Source: Minutocellus sp. GHC0000111
Lineage: Eukaryota
NCBI GenBank assembly: GCA_977018835.1
Contig: OZ361257.1
Location: 310,001 to 374,000 of the forward strand
Reading direction: 5' to 3'
DNA: 64,000 nt
The position numbers and the translations under genes are program-made. This document shows positions 10,682 through 22,687 of this stretch, one piece after another; position 1 is the stretch's first letter; each line of letters begins with the position of its first letter. The notes below the pieces were generated by a model. It searched no databases, was not told the DNA's origin, and was given only the letters and a program-made list of their open reading frames with translations.

Positions 10682-13600
10682 ATGCCCTCCCGTCGGACGA
10701 GCCTGATCAGCGCCGACGGGACGTCGGTGCCGGTCGCTCCCGGCGTGACGGCGACGGCCGAGGCGCTGGCCTTGGCCTCGGCCGGTGCAACTGCAGCTGC
10801 GCCTGCCGCCGCCGCCCCACCGGCTGCTACCACCAGCACCGATATGGCTGCGCCGGTCGCTCCGGCAGAAGTTGCAGTTTTGGTTGCAGCGGACGCAGCC
10901 GCGGCGGCGGTGGCCCCGCCCCCCTCGGTCCCCGGACCGGGCGGGTCGCTCCCCCCGCCGACTCTGGCCGCGCAGCAGGTCCGGGCCCGGCAGCACCAGC
11001 ACATGGCCCTCCTGGCGCAGGAGGAGTTGGCCCGGCGGTCCGCCGAGCATCAGCACCAGCAGCGGTTGGCGGCGGCCGCGGCGGTGCCCGGAGTAGCAGC
11101 GCGCGTCGGTGCCCTGTCGCCCGGTGCCCTGGCGGCGGGCGTGGACATTGCCGGTCACGGCCTGCCCCCTCCCTCCTCGCTCGCCCTTCCCCCCGGTGCA
11201 GCGGCCGGTGCTGCGGGTGGCATCGGCGGGCCCAGAAGCGCCCTGGAGGCCCAGCAATTGCGAGAGATGGCGGCCGTCGAGATGGAGCTCCGCCAGCTCC
11301 GCCAGATGCAGGCCGTCCAGCAGCGGGCGTTCGAGCGCGACCAGGTCCAGAGGCAGCAGCTGCGGGCGGCGGCCGTCGCGACGGGGGGACCCAATCCTCC
11401 TCCTTCTCATCATCACCCCCCTCATGCGGCAGCGGCGGCGGCGGCGGCGCATCATCGTCATCATCTTGCCGGTTTGGGAAGGGGTGTTGGTGTTGGCGTG
11501 GGCAGTGCCCTGACCGGTACCCTGGGGGGTGGGCTGGGGGGACACGGCAGGGGGGCTGCTGGGGCGGTGGCTGGGTTGGCGGGCCTTGGTGGTGGACGTA
11601 TCGAGCGGCCTTCGTCGGCAGGTCCTCTGGGAGCTGCGGCGAACCTGTTGGGTCACGTTGGTGGCAGCCCTCCGCTGAGAGGGATTGCAGCAGGTCCTGG
11701 TGTCGGGGCTGGTGTCGGTGCCGGGGCTCCCGGCACTGCCAGTACCCCAGGAGCGGCCACGGCTGCCCTCGCTGGGGCAAAGCTCAAGCGACCGCACTCG
11801 GCCGGTCCTCTGGGATTCATGGCAGATCTCATGGACGAGACCGACGACGGGGTCGGTACCAGCCGGGCCGAGGCCGGAGGAGCTGCTGCTGGTGCCGGGA
11901 CGGCGACTGCTGGTACCGGTGCAGGTGCTGGTGATTCCAGAGATGCCCCTGGCATACCCCGAAGGCACTCTGCCGGGGCGCTCCAAACCTTTACGGACCT
12001 TTTGAACGATGCCGATAGTGATGATGACGATGACAAACCGGCTAGCGCCGGTGCGCCGACAAAGATATCAGGAGTCAATGCCGAAAGTGGCGATGATGCC
12101 ATCCTATCTCCCCGTATTGCTGCCGCACAGGCTCGAGTCGAGGCTCTGGAGAAGCAGCTGGAGCTGGTTCGACAGCAGCAGCAGGCCAGGGCCAAGGCAA
12201 TTGGTGTGGGAGTGCCTAGAGCCGGAGCCGGAGCCGCCGGATCCCCTCCCACGGCCGCCGCAGCTACGGGTAGTACGGCTTCGACCGATCCAGCTGTCGC
12301 TCCTCACATCGCCGCCGCCCAGGCGCGGGCCGATGCTCTGGAGAAGAAGTTGGCGCAGCAGAAGGAGTTGCAGCATGGCATCCAGGAAGAGCTCCTGCAG
12401 CTGCGCGATGCCGAGGCGCCCGACGCCCGGATTGCTTCGGCCCAAGCCCGGGTCGACGCTCTCGAGAAACAGCTAGCCGATGGTGCTGCTGCTGCTAAGG
12501 AAGTGGCTGCTGCTGGAGAAGCCGAAGCTCCGGCTGTCCCAGCCGCTAAAGCTGCCCCGGTGGTAGCGGCGGCAGTGGCTCCAGAGACCGTAGATGCTCA
12601 GGCGGCAGCATCAGTAGCGACGGTACCGGCTGCTGCACTTGCAGCATTGCCATTTCAACGCTTGGACTCGAATCCTCGTCGCCCGGCACGCAATTCTGGC
12701 TTCCCTCTCCCGCTCCTGTCGACCAAGGACGATAAATTTGTTCCACCCAAGATCAAGTCGCTGGATGGATTCCGTGCTGCCTTCGACAAGATGCGTACGA
12801 ATATGAAGTCCAAGAGCAACAAGCGAAAGGCGTCGGAAATGAGCATTGCGGGGAATGCCGGTGGCGCTGCAGAAAATGACAAGTCCACAGTGGTTGATGA
12901 CAAGATCCCGCTTCCCGAGGCAACGTTCAATGGGGATATTTTCTCCAACATGATTTACCGCGGCAAGATTGATCTAACGGAACAAGATTGGACGGTAACG
13001 GGCATGTACAGCATCAACGAAAAGTCCAAGGCTGCCGAAAAGATTCGTCAGTATCAGGCAGAGCAGATTCTCCTCCAAAAGGTAGAAGTGGCCAAGGCCG
13101 AGGCAGCTGCGGCAAGGGCAGCTTCCGAAGCTGCCGCTGCTCCTGCTGCGCCAGAGACTCAATCTTCGAAGCGGAAGAAGGGCTGGACGGCGGAACAAGA
13201 ACAGATGATTGCTGAGTTGAAGAGACAGAAAGCTGAGCTGGACGAAAAGCTCGCCCGTCACCAGGCTACCAAGAGCAAGGAAAAAGCTGCACCATCACCG
13301 GCACCTAAGCCAGCATTAGGTGGAGGAAGTCTTCTGCCCCCTATTCTTCCAAACGCGGCGATTGTTATCCCAAAGGCTCCAGCTGATCCCTCTACAGGGA
13401 GCGGTCCCGCCCAAGATGCAAGCAAGGAAGCTGAGAAAACGACCAAAGAACCAGAACAAGAAGCCTCGAGAGCACTTCCTCGTGCCTCTGTAAAACCCAG
13501 TGATATCCGTCCTCTCGTCTCGAACGAAGCTATGGGTGCAGCGTCAACGCTCTTGGACTTGATGCCTCGGGTGCCGAAGAACGAATACGCGGCTGGCGAC

Positions 13601-13966
13601 GAAAAGGTGCAGATTCAGGATCACCAGAAGGAAGCTGAAAAGGACTCTCAAATGGGGCTTGAAAATGGCACGAAGAGGAGCGCAGATGAGATGGCTGGGG
13701 AATCTACCATGGATCAGGGACCACTGAGCCCGAACTCGGAGGACAAAATGATGACTGATCTCCAGACGATGGGCAAACGGAAGAAGGCGAGGAGACTCAC
13801 ACCACCTGGTGGTGAGACATCTGCGCCGAATGCTCTCGTTGGCGCTGGTGAAAAGGTCGAGGAAGAAGCGAAGACTGTCGCCGCCAATACCACCGCTCCC
13901 GACACTGGTGGCAGTGTGGCCAATGGCGCGGCGACAGGAGGGGGCGTGTCGAACGGTAGCAATTGA
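10682..13966 (+). CDS. Large low-complexity (Ala/Gly/Gln-rich) protein with coiled-coil repeats, function unknown
   Basis: 1094-aa ORF with GC3-rich codon use, three IAAAQARxxALEKxL repeats, a GFPLP...SLDGFRAAFDKM segment and basic NLS-like stretches. Confidence 0.75.
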   Translation: MPSRRTSLISADGTSVPVAPGVTATAEALALASAGATAAAPAAAAPPAATTSTDMAAPVAPAEVAVLVAADAAAAAVAPPPSVPGPGGSLPPPTLAAQQVRARQHQHMALLAQEELARRSAEHQHQQRLAAAAAVPGVAARVGALSPGALAAGVDIAGHGLPPPSSLALPPGAAAGAAGGIGGPRSALEAQQLREMAAVEMELRQLRQMQAVQQRAFERDQVQRQQLRAAAVATGGPNPPPSHHHPPHAAAAAAAAHHRHHLAGLGRGVGVGVGSALTGTLGGGLGGHGRGAAGAVAGLAGLGGGRIERPSSAGPLGAAANLLGHVGGSPPLRGIAAGPGVGAGVGAGAPGTASTPGAATAALAGAKLKRPHSAGPLGFMADLMDETDDGVGTSRAEAGGAAAGAGTATAGTGAGAGDSRDAPGIPRRHSAGALQTFTDLLNDADSDDDDDKPASAGAPTKISGVNAESGDDAILSPRIAAAQARVEALEKQLELVRQQQQARAKAIGVGVPRAGAGAAGSPPTAAAATGSTASTDPAVAPHIAAAQARADALEKKLAQQKELQHGIQEELLQLRDAEAPDARIASAQARVDALEKQLADGAAAAKEVAAAGEAEAPAVPAAKAAPVVAAAVAPETVDAQAAASVATVPAAALAALPFQRLDSNPRRPARNSGFPLPLLSTKDDKFVPPKIKSLDGFRAAFDKMRTNMKSKSNKRKASEMSIAGNAGGAAENDKSTVVDDKIPLPEATFNGDIFSNMIYRGKIDLTEQDWTVTGMYSINEKSKAAEKIRQYQAEQILLQKVEVAKAEAAAARAASEAAAAPAAPETQSSKRKKGWTAEQEQMIAELKRQKAELDEKLARHQATKSKEKAAPSPAPKPALGGGSLLPPILPNAAIVIPKAPADPSTGSGPAQDASKEAEKTTKEPEQEASRALPRASVKPSDIRPLVSNEAMGAASTLLDLMPRVPKNEYAAGDEKVQIQDHQKEAEKDSQMGLENGTKRSADEMAGESTMDQGPLSPNSEDKMMTDLQTMGKRKKARRLTPPGGETSAPNALVGAGEKVEEEAKTVAANTTAPDTGGSVANGAATGGGVSNGSN

Positions 13967-14162
13967 GTGTTTTATTTCTAATGACATTGCATGTGTTTCG
14001 GTGTTGAGTTGCTAACTAAGATTGTTAGATTGGCGCAAGTTGTTACATATTACTATGAATATGCCCGTGCAACGCAAGCATGATTGTTTCGTGCAAAGTA
14101 ATTGTTTCCCACATATCGGTGATGAGAGGCGACGTCGCGAGTAGCTACGTCGCTAGATCTAG

Positions 14163-17100
14163 CTAGCCCCAACCTCCATCGATTCCAAAGGAATCATTAC
14201 TCTGTAGAGATTCTTCTGAATCAGAATGGACCTCCTTACTTGTTTCCTCTTGCCCGCCCCTGGCAAATGTGACTTCCTCTGCATTTCCTTCCGACTCGAC
14301 GTTTTTGAGCTCGGGATTAGCCTTTTGTTCAGCCTCTTGAGAACGGATCGGCAAAAGAACCGGTGTGATTCGGCGCTTTGCTTTCTTTTCGGCATGGGAC
14401 GTGGACGCATTCTCCACTGCGACTTTTCGCTTGCTTTTATGTCGAGCACCTGAAGCTGGCAGAGATTTTGCTGGTCTCGTCGCTTCTTGGCCCGACCCTG
14501 GTCTCTCTTCGGAAGAGCTCGCTTCCTTCTTCTCTTCGTCCCTCATTTTGGCCAAAAGCCGATCTCGAGATGCCACCTCTCTCATTTCTGATTTTGTCAT
14601 GCGAATTCGAGGATGACGGAGATTGTAAGAAGTACAAACAACCCTCAAAGCATCAATCACTTTTTCTCCCTGCAGCAATAAGTTTGCGACAGCTTTTTGG
14701 TAGGATCCATAGGCCCAATCCTCTCCCTCGACACCGATTTCGTCGTCAGTATCGTCAGAATATAGGTCATCATCACTGGCATTACTTGAGCCATCCTTCG
14801 CCGTAGGACGTCCCTGCTTGGCTTGACTTTTGATGAGATCACCAAAAAGAATGGCGCTTCCAGCGCAGTTGAATGCCATATTGTCAATAAGAGTCTGAAG
14901 GAAGGCCGACGATGCAAAATCGGTGTCGCCATCTGACCTCGGAAGAAATGGCTGCTTGTTGCGCCAAGTTACGCTATCAAGTACCTGTCGCTCGCAAGTC
15001 GAGACAACCATGGCACACGCGCGCACAACAACACCCATGGTCCGCTGTGGAAATAGCTTGGAGTTTTCAGAAAACATTTCCGCCATATCTCGAAAGAGAC
15101 GTGAAAGGATTTGGATGTCTTTGAACGGGCTCGAGCCATTCCAGGTGCTCCTCCCAGGCTTGACAAGGGCGAAAGATGCAATTATCCCATAGAGTAGGCC
15201 CTCGTAAAAGACCGGAAATGACTTGGCTGTAAGATTTGGCATGTCAAGATCGGTTGCCGAGTCCACGGGATGAAGAGCCTTTCCTTTTTTTCCTTTGGCC
15301 CGGGCATTGCTTGTCACCCGGCGTGCTCGGCGGGAGGACATAGAAGAAGAACCTCGAATGTCTTGGGATATATCTTCCAAGTAGAATCTTAGCGAGCGCA
15401 CAAGCTTTCGTAATTCGTCATATGGTGACCCGCACGATTTCGTCATTATGAGAGCCCAATGGTTGAGCAATGAGTATCGTAGCAAAGCATTTTCTTTCAT
15501 GAGACGCGTAGATGTTGAAGCAAAGCGATCAAGAGCATCGAGAGCACTCCGAACGTCTCTCGTTGCACCAGAATTTTGTGAAAACCTTTGGATAATACGT
15601 CGAAAAGCAGGAGGACGACACAGAAGTCTACCGCTTACTTCAGGCAACATCACTTCGGACGCTGAGCAGCCAGCATAGACGGTCGTGAGTGCCTTCCAGC
15701 TCAACTCGATCCCATCCATAGCGGAATTCTGATTTTGAATGACGACCAGAGCAACCAAATCTACAATCTGACATGCCAAAACTCCGTCTTCACAGGTTGA
15801 TAACAGGCTATCGAGCCTTTGGTAGAGAGAATGCGCCGTGAAATTGAAGTTGGACCCGCTGGTTGAATCGATGTGCCCTGCACCTTGGGCTAACGCGCAC
15901 CAATCAGTTTGAATCGATGCGGCGAGGACGTCATAATGAGAGGACAGAAGAGTTCTTACGTCGAAAGCATAGACATCGTCTTGCTGCTCATCGTCGGGAA
16001 TAAAAACAGGCAGAATTGATGAAGAGTCAGGATCATCCCAGCGTCTGTGGCCATTACTTCGAAGTATCTTTAGTATGGGGGAGAGCTCTTCAATCGTACG
16101 AAGAAAGGAAGGGAGAGATCTCGGCGACAATTTGGCCGAGCTCTCCTTGATTAGCACAGCCAGATGAGCTGATATTGCCCTCCGCAGCCAGATGATTTGA
16201 AGCGAATTCTTCTCGAATTCACGCAATGAATTCTCATCAAAGCTCTCGGTATCATCTTGTTCGACAAAACTATCGACAAACTTGCCCAAGGTGGCTCCAT
16301 CGTCATCGCATAAGAGGCAATCACATAACAATTCCTGAGCGATGAAGTTTGGCTTGCTTAACTGGTCTGATAGAAAGTTGCGGATGGACTGGCACTGCGA
16401 TGATAGCTGAATAACATAACATATCGGCAAGGAATTTAGGCGAAACTATATTATGAGCCAGAAAAACAGAGACGGACCAGAGAATCTACCTCTTTTCGAG
16501 GTCAACACACAGCATGCAGCGTAGCACTTACCCAGTTATCCAGATCATCGGTCGATTCTAAAAAGTGGCCACCATCTTCGTCTTGGTACATTTTCTCGTC
16601 GGCTCCTCCTTTGTTTTCGCCGTCATTGTCATTTGCCTTTTCAGTATTATTGAGGCTTTCGAGATATCGAATTCTACGAGAGGCATCATAGTTACCAAGG
16701 AGACGATCGCCCCCACTCTTTGGCTTCTTTTTCTTTCTCTTTTTCCTCAGTTGGTCCGAGCGACCCCGCTCGCGTTTCCTCTGATCAGCTTTTGGCATTT
16801 TTTCTTTGTTTTGCCTCTTTTGCTCGCGTTGTTTCCTCGCAAAGACTTTGTGCTCTGCTCAATGAACGAAAGGGCAAAAAGACACCGCCGTCGAAGATCA
16901 TAAAGCACCGCGAGCTGGTATTGGATGAGGCGAAGCAATGCATTTGCTTTCGCTTGAGATTCCTTTGTTCCAGACAAACAGAGCGCCGAATATTGACCGT
17001 ATGCGTTCTTCAGAACGGCTGCACTCATGGCCATGGCCGCAACACATCCATGCGCATGCTTCAATGCCTTCGTGATCTCTACCAGGTGGTCCGAGGAAGT

Positions 17101-20041
17101 AGAATTACTATTTGATTCGCCTGAGGTGAAACGAGACAGGATGAAGCTTGCGGTCAACCACCCGTCTGGTGACCATTTCGCGCCCGACGCTTCTCTCCCA
17201 AGTTGAAGATAGGTATCAAGCAGAGTGTAGCACCACTGAAACGTCGTTACAGCGCTTGGTACAGAAGCAATGTCATCAACTGATAGCATATTCGCCTCCG
17301 AGATGTTCGAGCCAAACAAAGAATCCATGTAACCCGCGATGGAAAATGCCATTCTTCGTGCATTTGCCGAATTCTCGTCGGAAGAGGCGAAAAAGGAAGA
17401 AGAGTCGCATAATAACAGGCATGGTTTGCATTGGACCTCTGAATGAGTGCCGGTACCTTGGTACTGAGTTGGATAAGACCAGTACGAGCAACGATAGTCT
17501 TGAGCATCCCATAGATGTCGGAAGAAGGACGTGGCGGAATATCCTGTGATGAAGCCATGATGGTGTTCTCGCGTGATGAAGCCGACGAGTTTATCCCACA
17601 TCCTTCCATCAGAACCAGAAGACCCGATAACCCCAAAGCGGGAGGAAATTCGCCGCTTGGTCTCCCATTCATGGTCGGCGAGAACTGAGAACGCATTATT
17701 CGCATGGTCCACGACCAGATAGTATCGCATTGTGCTTGGGTCATGACTTGGCTGCGAACGAGATGACGGCAAAGGCAAAGCCCCAACCTTTGCATCGCCT
17801 CTTGTTCCCCATCCAGTCTCTCAGAATCCATTGCCCCATGTTGGAGAAAGCCGTCAGTCTGAGGGGATACAAAAAGGAGTCTTTGGATAAGAGAGACTAA
17901 TCCTTCTCCATCTTTGATTTCAGCTCCAGCAGAATTGAGGAAAAATGATGCGACGACGCCACAAAGAAGATCAATAAGGGAAGGATCTGCTGTTGACAGG
18001 GAGGACGGCGAGTCGAATAGATGCTCAACAAACTCCTGCCGATACTGGGCCATAATGTCACGGTATACCGCATTCGCCGATAGATTTGCCAGCACTTTCA
18101 AAGATGAATGCACAACACGATGTGCACACTGAAGAAAAAATTGTTCGGCTTGCCGAGAGCAGCCGCTCCGTTTGACCTTGGGTACTCCAAAGCTACTTCT
18201 CGACGATTCCTGTCTTTTCAAAACCGTTGAGCCAATAAAGGATAAATCGACGAGAGACGAAGTGAATTCACTCAAAGCTTGGCCATCACTATTCAAAGCT
18301 TCCAAGACGCCAGATTCGAAGCTTCTACTTGTTTTGCGAATACACGCGATAAAGTGGCATCGACAGAACACCTCCGACAACGCAGGGGACAGAGAAGAAG
18401 GCAGAGGCACAAGTTCTGGAGGCCATGGCGAAGCGCTACCTTGGTCTTAATCGATACTGCATCGCCTACCACCGCTGAGTTGATGAGCCCTGTCAAGGAA
18501 TTGCCGAAAGGGAAGCTACCCATTGAATACAACTCATCAATTATGGCTTCGACCTCCTCTCTGTCGACATTGGCGGACGATGAGAGTGCAATCAACGCAA
18601 CAACGTCGATATCCGAAAATGCAAATCCCGAATCAGGACGTCTAGTTGCATCATCTCGATCCAAAAGATCTCGTACGATCGACAGGTAGCCTTTTCTCAG
18701 CCAGGTGGGAGGGTCCCTGGCCCCCGAAGACAAGGGATCGAAGAGTGATTCGCATAAAACTCCGATGATTGAGACCAAAACAGAGGCATTCCCACTCCCA
18801 TTGCTTCCAGAATTTGCATCGAATTCGCTACCATCGCGACAATTATCTTCATATGACTGGATCAAGTCCCACTCAGTCCTGGCAGCCCGGATCGCCTGGA
18901 TGGCACCAATGCTCTTCCCCGATGCATGGCCAAAGTCGGTGCCTTCGTCATTTTCTTGGTGCTGGCTCGCATTACCAAACTCGCCATCTGTTTCCTCGCC
19001 TTCGTCCATGTCGTCACTAGTAGTATCATCGCTATCTCCGTCGACAAATCGAATGCTTCGGAACAAACATCGAATCAGATGTGGCAATTCCTCTGCCTCA
19101 ACGACCTTGAGGCCTGCGACACATATCCTGGATACACTGTTGGCATGACGATCCGATAGGGAGGGCAGTAACGATGAAAAGCAATCCACAACCGGTGCAA
19201 GGAACGTGGGATCGGATCTGATGACCGTTTGCAAAACACTCATGACCTCATCAGTTGCATCGAGAGCGACAGGTTTACCCATTCCGCAATTTGCTTCCTC
19301 GCGGCCATCATCACTTCTGTTATTGTCATTTCTCGGCGATTCATCGACCTCGTAAACCATTTCGATAGCAGCAGCACCACCACCGGAATGTGCTGGGATA
19401 GTACGTACCAGCCAGCTCAGTATCCTCGCTCTAACGATGTTGGTTTTCAGCTTTGGCAGTACTTGCAACAGTATCGACCGCAGCTGCCCATCGGTAGGTC
19501 CAAACGCTCCAAAAAAGCACGAGACGACCTGTCCCGTGAGAGTATGGTATTGGTCTTCGCCTTCACTTGCACAGGGCCCATCAGTAGCGGCAGCATTTGC
19601 AGATGGGTCAATAGACTGCGATGCCTCCTTTAATTCCGATGCAGGACGACATTGCTCATCCCAACCCCACACGAATGTCCTCAATGCATCGCAAAGTGAT
19701 GCAGCTGCCTCCCGTCGTCTTGTGTGAGCATTGGGAGATGATGATGTGCTTGTTTCATCAGCACCGTTGCCACAGCCAACATCACCAAGAGTACCAGAAG
19801 CATCTGCACCGCTCAAAGGTCCAGAATCGTCGGCGTAGCTGCTACACTGGCCAGTGCCGCATCCTTGCTGCCGTCGGTCGCCGTCGTTCCCACTGCCGCG
19901 GGCGCCACAACTTGTTGACCCGAGGGCCGGCCCATGAACCTCCAGCGCTAATCGCAGCTCACGGAGAAGATCTCGCCGGTCGGTTTCATTGGGATCACCT
20001 GCGTCCATACTGTAATTATCGGGGCCCTGGGGTGTGGACAT
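14163..20041 (-). CDS. Large alpha-solenoid protein, FANCD2-like; one intron (16531-16407) and three apparent 1-nt frameshifts
   Basis: VMSVLQTVIRSDPTFLAPVVDCFSSL...VSRICVAGLKVVEAEELPHLIRCLF resembles the FANCD2 N-terminal repeats. ORFs 18293..20158, 17247..18410, 16747..17778, 16502..16798 and 14163..16430 join by +1 in homopolymers at ~18333, ~17392 and ~16800, plus a GTAAGT..TTCAG phase-0 intron. Confidence 0.6.
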
Positions 20042-20469
20042 GGCCTTTACCCCTACACGAGGCCGTGGTCGGGGCAGGGAATGAGCCCGGCGTGGAGTGG
20101 CGGGATGGGCGGGGGTTTCTGCGGGAACGAGGTGGTAACAGGAGACACTGCCCGCCAACTAAATCACCAACTTCGAGGCTTCACAACGCTCCAAGGATCT
20201 CGACGAAGTTGCTATTCGCCGCAAGGGCGGGCTCGTCAAATAAATAATGCAGCCAGCAACACCGCAAACCTCTCGCCTGACTAGCCTGCTCTTTTGCTTG
20301 CTTCGCTTGGCGCTTGGCCCTCGCTCGGCCGGTGAACGCAGATAATGGCGACTGTACTTTCATAAACAGATCTGTCGAGCGAGAGCCGAGCGAGGTGTCA
20401 AGGCGGCCGAAGGAGACCACCACAATTCTCAAAGCAATGCTACTTATGCCATTTGCCACTTTATCGACC

Positions 20470-21450
20470 ATGAAGGCTCACTCATTGACGGCATTCGCCA
20501 TTCCATATCTCGCCAGTGTTCGGGCATTTGTCCCCACATCCGTTGGTCATCAGCCAGCGACGAGCAATGGAAGATCGTGCCGTGCTATCTTTTATGTCAA
20601 TGACGACCATCAAGATGTCGAGGCAAGTTCCGAGGAGGATAATGGCATCGTCCCGGCGAAGACGTCTGCCCAATCATCCTCATCATTGCTGCACAAACCT
20701 CCCTCCCTAGCTCTATTAGAAACCGAGGACAATTGGAAAGAGTGGCACTATTCGTTTTCCAGAAATGGTTTGACCGATTTCTTGCCCCAATTCAGCGACC
20801 ACATCACCTGCTGCTTGATTGGCGGTGGGGATGACAATGACCACGGGGATGTTGGGGGCCACTCCTTACCAGGCACTTCGAAACTCGGAAGTCAACTTCC
20901 GTGGCAAGTCGATTCGGGTGCCAGTTGTAGTATCACACGGGGTGTTGTTGCTGACCAATCAGCTACTACTCGTACCGATACCAATCTTCAGCACAAAAGC
21001 AATGCTGTGCACGGCAAGCTCTCCACGGCAACAACATCCATCATTGAGTCAGATGAGAAAGGCTTCGACTGTATACTGGATGGCGGTGTGATGAATGCGG
21101 TGGTTTCGTCACTCCCCGATACCGTTACTTGGCATTCTCGATCTGGACCTCAGGCATTGCTGGAGCTCCACTCGCTGATGCAGGAGGCAAATATTGCTAT
21201 CCGAGAGTTTGGCATATATGTTGCCATTACAGATGGACCGATTCCAAATCATGCCAAGGAATATCTGGTTGCCATGGGAGAAGTCATGGGAATGCAATGG
21301 AAATTTGAGCTGGATGGGTTGAGCAATGAAGATTATTGTGTATCAGTAGCGCGGAAGTATTACAATGGAATTGTGAATCTTGAGAATGAATTTTCATCGA
21401 GTAGTGAGAACAAAGGCACAGACAAAGACAGCGGAAAGCTTTTACCTTAG
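20470..21450 (+). CDS. Putative plastid-targeted protein, possibly a degenerate SAM-methyltransferase-like fold
   Basis: MKAHSLTAFAIPYLASVRA-FVP bipartite presequence. GFDCILDGGVMNAV weakly resembles the FDxxxDKGxxD methyltransferase motif. Confidence 0.6.
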   Translation: MKAHSLTAFAIPYLASVRAFVPTSVGHQPATSNGRSCRAIFYVNDDHQDVEASSEEDNGIVPAKTSAQSSSSLLHKPPSLALLETEDNWKEWHYSFSRNGLTDFLPQFSDHITCCLIGGGDDNDHGDVGGHSLPGTSKLGSQLPWQVDSGASCSITRGVVADQSATTRTDTNLQHKSNAVHGKLSTATTSIIESDEKGFDCILDGGVMNAVVSSLPDTVTWHSRSGPQALLELHSLMQEANIAIREFGIYVAITDGPIPNHAKEYLVAMGEVMGMQWKFELDGLSNEDYCVSVARKYYNGIVNLENEFSSSSENKGTDKDSGKLLP

Positions 21451-21702
21451 ATTGCATGTAAATGTTCAGCTTTGTATTGTGCATTCATTTGTGGTACTCT
21501 ACTAGAGCTAGCTACTACGTAGCTACGCGTACCTAGGTACATGTACGAGGACTTCGTAGGCCTCTCGCGGTGTCATCGCGGTGACAGAACTACGCCGTCG
21601 GCGAGATGGCTCAGAGGCGTCAGCTCTCGCATGGTCGCCATCAATTCAGCCGGCCAAGGAGTTGCGTCGAGTGAATGTACCGATTGCCAGGCAATAAACA
21701 CA

Positions 21703-22597
21703 ATGCACAGCACAATACGATCCACAGTTTGCTATCGCGACTTTGAGCAGCTGCACTGCTGGTTTTACCACGGGCTCGTCGCTAGCTCTGGCCCGAAAGC
21801 CCGCGTGCTCAAACCCTCATTCTTCGGTCACCTCCACGTCGGCGCCGTCGCCTTTCATCACTACTCCTCACAACCGACACCATAGCCCCACCGCCTTTGC
21901 CCTGCGTTCTGTTGGTAAATCGCAACCGAATACCGGCCAAGCGAGCAAACGTGACGGGCACTTTGCCGATCTATCAGTACCAGTGCTCTACGCCCTTGCA
22001 TCTGCTGGTCTTGTCTACAAATCAGCATGCCGAGCAACTGGCTTGGCAGATAAATTGATTCTCCTGGCCTCAGCCAGCCTGTCTCTCTTCAACTTATCCA
22101 ACGCCGATAGAAAGCGTTTCATCGCAGCGAATAAAGCAAATCATGCATCTTTTGGAATTGGGACAATATCAACAACGGAGGAGGTGGATGCGGCAGAACA
22201 GAAGCGATGGGCTGCCCAGCGTTTCACTTCGGCCTTTCTAATCAAGACACGTGGCCAGATACTTGGGATATTGCGAATGATTATGGATAAAACTCCAACT
22301 GGCGGTGCAACATTGTTCATGGCAACTCAAATCGTTTATTTTGCAGCCGGAGGAGGAAAATATCGTCACACTGATGATGGCCAGCTTGATCCCATCGAGG
22401 AGAGACTTGTGGTTGGGGCAAGTACAACATACGCAATATTTACACTTGCGGCCTTGGCTTCTGGGAGACTGGCACCCGGGACAATTGGAAAAGGCATTGC
22501 CACGTTTGTTTATTGTCTTGAATGTCTCACGGGCGCATTTGATGGTATCATGAGTCTATTCTTTGGAGGCAGAAAGGCTGGTAGGAGAGCCAGGTGA
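21703..22597 (+). CDS. Hypothetical multi-pass membrane protein, probably plastid-targeted (frameshift near 21729)
   Basis: ORF 21743..22597 has several hydrophobic segments. ATG 21703 joins it with a single indel in GTTT to give a signal peptide ending ..AIATLSSCTAG-F. Confidence 0.6.
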
Positions 22598-22687
22598 GTG
22601 GTTCTTTCGTTTTAAGGTGCCTATCTTCTTTATTGTATCTCAAACTTGACTTTTCTCTTCCACTCGTGTATCATCTTCTCTTCGTCG

